From Planctomycetota bacterium (lineage in GTDB: Bacteria > Planctomycetota > UBA1135 > UBA2386), in assembly GCA_046290465.1 (NCBI GenBank), contig JBKAGP010000001.1, positions 2,400,001-2,464,000 of the forward strand: DNA of 64,000 nucleotides, written 5' to 3'. The position numbers and the translations under genes were made by a program. Under the pieces are notes generated by a model. It worked only from the letters and a program-made list of their open reading frames with translations. It did not search any database and was not told the DNA's origin. Within the stretch, counting starts at the first letter, position 1, and the number at the start of each line of letters is the position of its first letter. Positions 9,475 through 19,613 of this stretch are shown piece after piece.

Positions 9475-12400
9475 ATGATCACCAAGATTCTCAAGCGACC
9501 CGCGCTCGCGCTCGTCACCGCGATCCTCATCCTGTTCCTCGGCGGCCTCGGCATCGCAACCCTCCCGGTGGCGCAGTTCCCCGACGTCGCGCCGCCGACC
9601 GTCTACGTCTCGATCGCCTATCCGGGGGCCAGCGCCAACGTGCTGATCGACTCGGTGATCATCCCGTTGGAGCAGTCGATCAACGGCGTGCAGAACATGC
9701 GCTACATGGTCTCCGACGCCACCAGCGCCGGCGAGGCGACCATCCGTGTGTTCTTCGAGCCCGGCACGGACCCCAACATCAACGTGGTCAACGTGCAGAA
9801 CCGGGTCAACATCATGTTGAGCCGATTGCCGCCGCTGGTCGTGCGCGAAGGCATCCTCGTCAGCCAGGTCGTGCCGAGCATGTTGATGTACCTCAACCTG
9901 TACAGCACCGACCCCGACACCGACCAGAAGGACCTCTTCAACTACTCGAACGTCTACGTCATGCCCGTGCTCAAGCGCATCCAGGGCATGGGCATCCCGA
10001 CCAACCTCGGCAACCGCAACTTCGCCATGCGCATCTGGCTCAACCCGGAGCGCATGCGGGCGTACAACGTCTCCGTCGAGGACGTGATGGAGGCGCTCGC
10101 CGAGCAGAGCATCATCGGTTCTCCGGGCCGCCTCGGGCAGGCGACCGGCATGACGTCGCAGTCGAAGGAGTACGTGCTGACCTACGTCGGCCGCTACAAC
10201 AAGCCAGAGCAGTACGAGAACATCGTGCTGCGGGCGAACGCCGACGGCGAGATCCTGCGGCTCAAGGACGTCTGCGTGCCACCCCTCGGCGACGGCGCAG
10301 GACCGCGCTCGGGCGTCGAGCTGGGCTCGGAGTTCTTCGACATCTACTCCGACGTCGACGGCTATCCGGCGGCATCGGTGGTGCTCAAGCAGGCGCCCGG
10401 ATCGAACGCCGCGGAGGTCATCGCGGAGGTCAAGCGCACGCTCGAGGAACTGCGGCCGTCGTTCCCGCCCGGGATGGACTACGAGATCGCCTACGACGTC
10501 TCCAAGTTCGTCGGCGCGTCGATCGACAAGGTCCTGCACACGCTGCTCGAGGCGTTCATCCTGGTGTCCTTGGTCGTGTTCCTGTTCCTCGGCGACCTGC
10601 GCTCGACGTTGATCCCGACGCTGGCGGTACCGGTGTCGTTGATCGGCACGTTTTTCGTGCTCAACCTGCTCGGCTTCTCGATCAACCTGATCACGCTGTT
10701 TGCGATGGTGCTCGCGATCGGCGTGGTCGTGGACGACGCGATCGTCGTCGTCGAAGCGGTGCACGCCAAGATGGCCGAGAAGTTCCTGTCGCCGTATCGC
10801 GCGACCATGGAGGTGCTGCACGAGATCAGCGGCGCAATCATCGCGATCACGCTGGTGATGACCTCGGTGTTCGTCCCGGTGACGTTCGTGCCTGGCCCGG
10901 TCGGAGTGTTCTACCGCCAGTTCGGGGTCACGATGGCCACCGCGATCATCCTGTCCGGCGTGGTCGCGCTGACGCTGACTCCGGTTCTGTGCGCAATGAT
11001 CCTGCGCCCACACCAGCACGGCGCAACTGCCAGCGGCCCGCCCCGGACCCGCACGGGCCGCCTACGGAAGCTGCTGCTGTTGCTGCTCGGCCTGCCGACG
11101 CTCGGCGGACTCACCTGGCTCGCGTACGAACTCTGGGGCCCACTGGGCCTGCTGCTGGCCGTCGCGCCGTTCGTGCAGCCCGCCTTCAGTCGCTTCGTCG
11201 ATGCGGTCACCAACGTCTACGCCGGCATGCTGCGACCGATCGTCATGCGACGGGTGCTGACGCTCGCGGTGATCGCCGCGTTCGTGTTCGGCATCGTCGG
11301 CGTCAACACGCAGATGGCCAGCGGGTTCATCCCGGGCGAGGACCAGGGGATCATCTACGCGGTGCTGCAGACGCCGCCGGGCTCGACGCTCGAATACACC
11401 AACGCCAAGTCGCAGGAGCTGCAGAAGATCGCCCGCCAGATCCACGGCGTGTCGTCGGTCACCTCGGTCGCCGGCTACGAAGTGCTGACCGAGGGCCGCG
11501 GATCGAACGCGGGCACCGCGATCATCAACCTGGAGCCGTGGTCGGAACGGGAGCGCACCGCGGCCGAGATCATCGAGGAGCTGGAGCTGCAGACGCAGCG
11601 CATCAGCGACGTCAAGCTCGAGTTCTTCGAGCCGCCGGCGATCCCAGGCTTCGGCGCAGCCGGCGGCTTCTCGGTGCGCGTGCTCGACAAGACCCAGTCG
11701 AGCGTCGCGGACTACCGTCGTCTTGGCGAGGTCACCGACACGTTCCTGGCGGCGCTCGGCGAACGCGACGAGGTGCAGAACCTGTTCACGTTCTACGCCT
11801 CCGACTACCCGCAGTACGAACTGGTCGTCGACACCGACCTGGCGATGCAGAAGGGCGTGTCGGTCAGCAAAGCGCTCGAGAACCTCAACATCCTGATCGG
11901 CAGCACCTACGAGCAGGGCTTCATCCTGTTCAACCAGTTCTACAAGGTGTACGTGCAGTCGTGGCCCGAGTTCCGCCGCATGCCACAGGACCTGGACGCG
12001 CTGTTCGTCAAGAACGAGCACGGCGAGATGGTCCCGTACAGCGCCTTCATGCACATCGTCAAGCAGCAGGGGCTCAACGAGATCACGCGCTACAACCTGT
12101 ACCCATCGGCCGCGATCCAGGGCGTGCCGGCGCCCGGCTTCTCGAGTGGCGAGGCGATCCGCGCGATCCAGGAGGTCGCGGCGGCGACGCTACCGCGCGG
12201 CTACGACCTCGGCTGGGAAGGCCTGTCGTGGGACGAGTCGAAGCAGGGCAACGCATCGCTCTACATCTTCTTCGTCGTCGTGGCCTTCGTGTATCTGGTG
12301 CTGGTCGGCCAGTACGAGAGCTTCTTGATCCCGCTGGCCGTGATCCTGTCGCTGCCGATCGGCGTGTTCGGTGCGTTCCTGTTCCTGCAGTCGGTCGGGC

Positions 12401-12849
12401 TCGCCAACGACGTCTGGGCGCAGCTCGGGCTGATCATGCTGGTCGGGCTGCTCGGCAAGAACGCGATCCTGATCGTGGAGTTCGCGGTGCAGCGGCGCCG
12501 CGACGGGCTGTCGCTGCAGGAGGCCGCCGTCGAAGGGGGCAGAACCCGCTTCCGGCCGATCCAGATGACCTCGTTCGCGTTCGTCGCGGGCCTGGTCCCT
12601 CTGGTCGTCGCCACCGGCGCGGGCGCGATCGGCAACCGCACGATCGGCACCGCCGGCGTCGGCGGCATGCTGTTCGGAACGGTGATCGGCGTGCTGGTGA
12701 TCCCGGGGCTCTACTACCTGTTCGCCAGGATCGCGGACGGCAGGAAGCTGCTGCGCGACGAGACCGATCTGCCGCTGTCGGAGGAGTTCGAGCCGGCGAC
12801 GCCGAAAGCCCCGCCGCCGCTGCCGAACGACGACCCGCCGGCGCGGTGA
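9475..12849 (+). CDS. RND efflux permease, HAE1/AcrB-like
   Basis: LPVAQFPDVAPP, GVVVDDAIVVVE, KNAILIVEFA, RFRPIQMT. Confidence 0.96.
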   Translation: MITKILKRPALALVTAILILFLGGLGIATLPVAQFPDVAPPTVYVSIAYPGASANVLIDSVIIPLEQSINGVQNMRYMVSDATSAGEATIRVFFEPGTDPNINVVNVQNRVNIMLSRLPPLVVREGILVSQVVPSMLMYLNLYSTDPDTDQKDLFNYSNVYVMPVLKRIQGMGIPTNLGNRNFAMRIWLNPERMRAYNVSVEDVMEALAEQSIIGSPGRLGQATGMTSQSKEYVLTYVGRYNKPEQYENIVLRANADGEILRLKDVCVPPLGDGAGPRSGVELGSEFFDIYSDVDGYPAASVVLKQAPGSNAAEVIAEVKRTLEELRPSFPPGMDYEIAYDVSKFVGASIDKVLHTLLEAFILVSLVVFLFLGDLRSTLIPTLAVPVSLIGTFFVLNLLGFSINLITLFAMVLAIGVVVDDAIVVVEAVHAKMAEKFLSPYRATMEVLHEISGAIIAITLVMTSVFVPVTFVPGPVGVFYRQFGVTMATAIILSGVVALTLTPVLCAMILRPHQHGATASGPPRTRTGRLRKLLLLLLGLPTLGGLTWLAYELWGPLGLLLAVAPFVQPAFSRFVDAVTNVYAGMLRPIVMRRVLTLAVIAAFVFGIVGVNTQMASGFIPGEDQGIIYAVLQTPPGSTLEYTNAKSQELQKIARQIHGVSSVTSVAGYEVLTEGRGSNAGTAIINLEPWSERERTAAEIIEELELQTQRISDVKLEFFEPPAIPGFGAAGGFSVRVLDKTQSSVADYRRLGEVTDTFLAALGERDEVQNLFTFYASDYPQYELVVDTDLAMQKGVSVSKALENLNILIGSTYEQGFILFNQFYKVYVQSWPEFRRMPQDLDALFVKNEHGEMVPYSAFMHIVKQQGLNEITRYNLYPSAAIQGVPAPGFSSGEAIRAIQEVAAATLPRGYDLGWEGLSWDESKQGNASLYIFFVVVAFVYLVLVGQYESFLIPLAVILSLPIGVFGAFLFLQSVGLANDVWAQLGLIMLVGLLGKNAILIVEFAVQRRRDGLSLQEAAVEGGRTRFRPIQMTSFAFVAGLVPLVVATGAGAIGNRTIGTAGVGGMLFGTVIGVLVIPGLYYLFARIADGRKLLRDETDLPLSEEFEPATPKAPPPLPNDDPPAR

Positions 12850-12871
12850 CGGCCGGACGCCTGATCGGGAC

Positions 12872-14740
<1,869 letters not shown>

Positions 14741-14901
14741 CTTGCAGTTGCTGGCAGCGGCCGGCGGGGACTCTCCAGCAGACTCGGGACCATCTCCCTC
14801 ATCCACCGTATGCCCCAGTTTCTGCTAGGCTTGTCTCGTCGTCCAGCACCACCTGGGCCTTCGCCCCCACGGACGACGGGCACCTGCCGTCTCTCGCCCC
14901 A

Positions 14902-17532
14902 ATGCCGGTTTCCCCTGCCGCAGCCTCGGCCGACCGGGCCTGTCTGCACTGTTCGCCGCAACGAACGGTGTGGCATACGCACGCGCTCGACGCGGACGCG
15001 GGCGAGGTCCGCAAGGTCTACGTCGCCGGCGCCATGGCCGACGCCGAGCACGAACACGCGATGGGCATCGCGGCGTCGGGCCCGGGCGTGGTGCGCTACC
15101 TCGGCACCTGCACCGACGAGGCCAGCAGCCGCCCGGCGGTGCGGCTGCAGTTTGCCGACGGCGACAACCTCGAGGCGCTCGTGCTGCATGCCGGCGCGCT
15201 GCCGGCCGAACGCGCGCTGGCCCTGGTCAGCAGGGTCGCGACGACCCTGGCGCGGCTGCACGCGATCGAGACCGCGGCCACGCCGCGCGGCATCTGCCAC
15301 GGCGACGTCAAACCACAGAACCTGCTGGCGACCAGCGACGGCGACGTGCTGCTGCTCGACTTCGAGCACGCGCGTCCGATCGGCACCACCCGCAGCGAAC
15401 GCGCGTTCACCGGCGGCACCACCGCCTGGTCCCCGCCCGAGGCGCACGGCGGCGCGCAGCCGGATGCGGCGTTCGACGTGTTCGGGCTCGGGGCGACGCT
15501 CGCGTTCCTGCTCGACGGCGGCACCTCCCGGCGGGTGCCGCGGCACGCGGAGGTCGACGCGCTGGTGCTGGCCTGCTGCGACGCCGATCCGTCGTGCCGC
15601 CCCACGGCCACCGAGGTCGCCGCGCGCTGCGAACGGCTGCTGGCGGTCGTGCGCGACGACGAGGCCGAGCGCCACCTCGCCGACTGGACCACCGGCGCGT
15701 GCGCGGTCGAACCGACCTGCGACGACGACCCGCGCAGCGCGATGTGGTCGCGCCGCCGACGCCTGCTGCAGCGACTGCCGAACCTGCTGCGCCGGCCGCA
15801 GTCGAAGCTCCCGGGCACGGTGCCGACGGACCCGGTGCCGACGGACCCGGTGCGCCTGCAAGCCGAGCTCGAACTGACCGCGCGCGTGCTGCGGCGCTTC
15901 CCGCGCAGCGAGGCGGCGCTGGCCCGACGCCGTGAGCTGCTGGCGGCGATCGCCGAACTGCTGGCCGGCGCGGCCGAGACCGTGCACGCGCTGCACAAGG
16001 CCGAGCGCTTCGACGATGCGCTGCACTGGCTGCGCACGACCGAGCTGCTGGTGTCGACCGCGACCGCGATGCCGGCGGGCCTCGCCAGCATCGTGCCGGT
16101 CGCCGGCGGCGCGTCGCCGGGGCCGCTGCAGCGCGCGCCGTTCGAGTTCTTGCAGCTGCTGGTCGACAAGACCGATGCCGCGCGCGACGAACTGCGCGAC
16201 CGCACCGCCGAGGTTTCGGAAGCCGAGCGCGCGCTCGACCTGGCGCTCGCCGAGCAGCGCATCGACGCGATGGCCAACGACTACGGCGGCACGTCGCCGA
16301 CGGTCGCCGAGCGGCGCGACCAGCTGCACCGACTCGGCTTCTACCTCGATCGGATTGCGCGCGCCGCGACCAACGTCGAGCGCGTCGGCCCGCTGTGGGA
16401 CCCGGTCGCGCTGCAGCCGCTGCAGGCGCTGGTCGCCGCGGCCGGACGTTCACTGGAGGCGCGCGCGCAGCGCGACACCGGCAGCGGCGCGGTCGGCCTG
16501 CGCAGCCTGCAGTTGACGCTTGCCAACGTCGTCGAGGAGTTTCCGCACCTCGATCAGGTCGGTCCGGCCCTCGACGCGCTGGCGCAGGCGCTGATGCACC
16601 TGACCGACCAGGCCTGGCAGCAGCTGGCCGACGCCGAGCAGCGCCTGACCGTGGTGCCGGTGCCGGTGCGGCCGCTGCAGCTGGCGCTCGGACGGCTCGA
16701 CACGTTCCGCATGCTGGAGGCGTTCGTCGACCGCGACGGCCGCCCTCGCAGCGAACTGCTCGACGGCCTCGAGCGGCTGCGCCTCGGCCTCGAGCAGGCG
16801 CGCTCGGCGCGCGACCAGCTGGCGGAGAACGCCGAGCACGCGCTGGCGCGCGGCCACTGGACCACCGGGCTGTTCGAGATGGAGCGCGCGGTCGCCGGCC
16901 TCAACCCGATCGACGACAGCGAACGCGTCGAGGCCGAGCGGCTGCAGGAACGGCTGCAGGCGGCGCGCCGCACCAAGCAGGAGCTCGAGACGGCCGTTCG
17001 CCGCAACGTCGAGCTCAACGCCAGCTACGCCGCGCTCGAGGACGACGCGACCAGCACCGCCGCCGCGCGCCTGCAGGTGCTGCAGGATCGGCGCGACTGC
17101 CTGCTGTTCCTCGGCATGCACATGCAGAGCGAACGCGCCGAGCTGTACCGCAAGGACCTGCGTCAGGTCGAGGCCCAGATCGCGCTCGAGCGCGCCGGCG
17201 ACGCCGAGCGGCGCCTCAACGCGCTGACCGATCCGGTGCAGCGCTTGCGGCTGGCGCGCGACACCCTCGAGAGCCTCGGCGTCGACAGCTCGGGCGACGG
17301 TTCGTCGGAGCAGTCCGGTCGCGTGCTGCGCCTGCAGGAGCACTGGCGCACCGTCGCCGGCCAGTGCCAGCGCGCCGTCACCGCGATGCACGAGCAGCAA
17401 CAGCAGAAGCGACGCGAGAAGCGCCGCATGGTCCTGGTCACGATCCTGCTCGTGCTCGCCACCACCACCGCCGTCGGCTTCGCCCTCAAGCCCCTCCTCT
17501 TCGGCCAACCCGCCCTGGCCAACCAGAAGTAG
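14902..17532 (+). CDS. Atypical Ser/Thr kinase with long helical region and C-terminal TM anchor
   Basis: HGDVKPQN, DFE, GGTTAWSPPE, DVFGLG. No canonical Gly-rich loop. TM segment MVLVTILLVLATTTAVGFAL. Confidence 0.85.
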   Translation: MPVSPAAASADRACLHCSPQRTVWHTHALDADAGEVRKVYVAGAMADAEHEHAMGIAASGPGVVRYLGTCTDEASSRPAVRLQFADGDNLEALVLHAGALPAERALALVSRVATTLARLHAIETAATPRGICHGDVKPQNLLATSDGDVLLLDFEHARPIGTTRSERAFTGGTTAWSPPEAHGGAQPDAAFDVFGLGATLAFLLDGGTSRRVPRHAEVDALVLACCDADPSCRPTATEVAARCERLLAVVRDDEAERHLADWTTGACAVEPTCDDDPRSAMWSRRRRLLQRLPNLLRRPQSKLPGTVPTDPVPTDPVRLQAELELTARVLRRFPRSEAALARRRELLAAIAELLAGAAETVHALHKAERFDDALHWLRTTELLVSTATAMPAGLASIVPVAGGASPGPLQRAPFEFLQLLVDKTDAARDELRDRTAEVSEAERALDLALAEQRIDAMANDYGGTSPTVAERRDQLHRLGFYLDRIARAATNVERVGPLWDPVALQPLQALVAAAGRSLEARAQRDTGSGAVGLRSLQLTLANVVEEFPHLDQVGPALDALAQALMHLTDQAWQQLADAEQRLTVVPVPVRPLQLALGRLDTFRMLEAFVDRDGRPRSELLDGLERLRLGLEQARSARDQLAENAEHALARGHWTTGLFEMERAVAGLNPIDDSERVEAERLQERLQAARRTKQELETAVRRNVELNASYAALEDDATSTAAARLQVLQDRRDCLLFLGMHMQSERAELYRKDLRQVEAQIALERAGDAERRLNALTDPVQRLRLARDTLESLGVDSSGDGSSEQSGRVLRLQEHWRTVAGQCQRAVTAMHEQQQQKRREKRRMVLVTILLVLATTTAVGFALKPLLFGQPALANQK

Positions 17533-17547
17533 CGGTCCACAAGATTG

Positions 17548-17598
17548 GTTCCGAGGCAGGACCTCACGGACCGATCGGTGAGGCCTTGTCCCGGAACC
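17548..17598. terminator. Imperfect hairpin between convergent genes
   Basis: gttccg...cctcac...gtgagg...cggaac. No U-tract. Confidence 0.4.
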
Positions 17599-17602
17599 GT
17601 TC

Positions 17603-18529
17603 TTACCGACCGAGGGCGTGGTCGTCGCCGCGCACGGGGTCGGGGGAGAGCGCGCGCAGGTCGAAGCCGGCGAGCAGGTCGCGCGGGGTGCACCCGGCGC
17701 GCTTGCTGCGCAGGCCGCAGAGCACGGCGAGGTAGCCGCACAGGTCCTCCGACGTCACGCCTTGCTGGCGGAAGGACCGCAGCGAAGTGTCGCCGTGGCG
17801 CTTGGCCAGCCGCAGGCCGTCCTGGCCGACGACCAGCGGCACGTGCACGAAGCCCGGCTCCACCAGCCCGAGCGCCCGATACAGCAGCAGCTGCCGCGGC
17901 GTGCTCGGCAGCAGGTCGTCGGCGCGCAGCACCTCGGTGACCTCCTGCGCGGCATCGTCGACGACCACGGCCAGCTGGTAGGCCGGATCGCCGTCGCGCT
18001 TCTGGATCACGAAGTCGCCGCGGATCGCACCGCGCTGCTCGCCGCGAAAGCCGTCGACGAACGGCACCTCGTCGACGTCGACCCGGAACCGCAGCGCCGC
18101 CTGCCGGCCGGTTTGCGCGGTCGCCTCGCTGAGCGACGCGAACCGCCCCCGGCAGGTGCCGGGGTAGATCGGCCCGTCGGCCGGATCGCCCTCGTGCGGC
18201 GCCGACGCCGCCTCGTCGACCTCCTTGCGGGTGCACACGCACGGATACGCGACCCCGGCATCGACCAGCCGCTGCGCCGCCGCGCGATAGAGCATGCGCC
18301 GCGAACTCTGCACGAACACCTCGCCGTCCCAGTCGAGTCCGAGCCACCGCAGGTCCTCGATGGTCTGCTCGGCGGCCCCCGCTTTGACCCGCGGACCGTC
18401 GATGTCCTCGATGCGAAGCAGTAGGGTTCCTCCGCGCGCGCGAGCCGACAGCCAGGCCAACAAGAACGTGCGCGCATTGCCGAGGTGCAGGACCCCCGTG
18501 GGGCTCGGCGCCAACCGTCCCACCGCCAT
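17603..18529 (-). CDS. gluQ: tRNA glutamyl-Q(34) synthetase
   Basis: GRLAPSPTGVLHLGN, RIEDID, YPCVCTRK, YPGTCR, YQLAVVVDD, RLAKRHG. About 308 aa with no anticodon domain. Confidence 0.93.
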   Translation of the reverse strand: MAVGRLAPSPTGVLHLGNARTFLLAWLSARARGGTLLLRIEDIDGPRVKAGAAEQTIEDLRWLGLDWDGEVFVQSSRRMLYRAAAQRLVDAGVAYPCVCTRKEVDEAASAPHEGDPADGPIYPGTCRGRFASLSEATAQTGRQAALRFRVDVDEVPFVDGFRGEQRGAIRGDFVIQKRDGDPAYQLAVVVDDAAQEVTEVLRADDLLPSTPRQLLLYRALGLVEPGFVHVPLVVGQDGLRLAKRHGDTSLRSFRQQGVTSEDLCGYLAVLCGLRSKRAGCTPRDLLAGFDLRALSPDPVRGDDHALGR

Positions 18530-18546
18530 CGATCCCGACGTTCCGG

Positions 18547-19527
18547 ATGCAGCAGCCATCAGAAGCAGGCCTCGTTCTACGCATCGACGCGAAGGTCTGC
18601 CACGTCGAGATCGACGGAGAACGTCGCCAGCTGCCGCTGGCCGGCAAGCTGTTCGAGCAGAAGACGCACGAGAAGCGGCCGCTGGCGGTCGGCGACCACG
18701 TGCTGCTCGACAACTCCGGCGAGGTCATCGACCAGGTCCTGCCGCGCAGCTCGCAGCTGCACCGCCGCGCCGCGACCGAAGGAGAAGAACTCGCGCAGGT
18801 GCTGGCCGCCAACATCACCCACGTGCTCGCGGTCGCGTCGGTAAAGTCCCCGCCGTTCCAGCCGGAGCTGGTCGACGGCGTGCTCGCTGCCGCCGCGCGC
18901 CAACGCATCCCCGCGACGCTGGTGCTGACCAAGGTCGACGTCGCGCCGAAGCTCGCCGAGAAGTGGGCCAAGGTCTACGAGGGCGCCAACGTGCGCGTGC
19001 TGCGCACGTGCTCGATCGGCGACGGCCGCACCGAGGACACGCTCGCCGAAATCGAGCAACTGCTGCACCAGAAACGTTCGGTCGTGATCGGCCTCTCGGG
19101 CGCGGGCAAGTCGTCGCTGCTCAACGCGGTCGTGCCCGGCGTGCAGCTGCGCACGGGCCACCTCAACCACATCCAGCAGGGCCGCCACACCACGACGCAC
19201 ACCGAACTGCTGCCGCTGCCCGGCGGCGGCCACGTGCTCGACACGCCCGGCGTGCGCAACTTCCACCTGTTCCACACCGGCTCGCAGGAGCTGCAGTTCT
19301 TGTTCCCGGAGATCGCCGAGCGGCTGCCGGAGTGCGAGTACCGTTCGTGCCTGCACGACGGCGAGACGACGTGTGCGGTCAAGAAAGCGCACGGCAACGG
19401 CGAGATCGCGGACACGCGCTACGCGTCCTACCTGCGCATGCTGCACGACGCGTTGGCGGCGGAGCAGCCGTCGGCGAAGACGTCGCGCGGCACCGTGCGC
19501 GGCGGCGGCCGACGCCGGCCGCGCTGA
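18547..19527 (+). CDS. rsgA: Ribosome small subunit-dependent GTPase A
   Basis: AVGD OB-fold, TKVD, GLSGAGKSS, GRHTTT, DTPG, CEYRSCLH.GE..C Zn motif. Confidence 0.95.
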   Translation: MQQPSEAGLVLRIDAKVCHVEIDGERRQLPLAGKLFEQKTHEKRPLAVGDHVLLDNSGEVIDQVLPRSSQLHRRAATEGEELAQVLAANITHVLAVASVKSPPFQPELVDGVLAAAARQRIPATLVLTKVDVAPKLAEKWAKVYEGANVRVLRTCSIGDGRTEDTLAEIEQLLHQKRSVVIGLSGAGKSSLLNAVVPGVQLRTGHLNHIQQGRHTTTHTELLPLPGGGHVLDTPGVRNFHLFHTGSQELQFLFPEIAERLPECEYRSCLHDGETTCAVKKAHGNGEIADTRYASYLRMLHDALAAEQPSAKTSRGTVRGGGRRRPR

Positions 19528-19613
19528 GCGCGACCCGCGACGCTCCAGCCACGCACGAGCAGGCCCCCGGGGCGCTACTTCGAGGGCTGAGGCTGCGGCG
19601 GCCCCGCCCAGGA

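Noticed and set aside
14741..14901. Sigma-54 -24/-12 promoter near the bEBP genes (also 48860..49140)
   Set aside because: No convincing TGGCAC-N5-TTGC match found by eye.
15819..15851. 15-bp in-frame duplications (VPTDP x2; also CALGV x2 near 63620..63650)
   Set aside because: Ordinary slippage in linker or signal regions.
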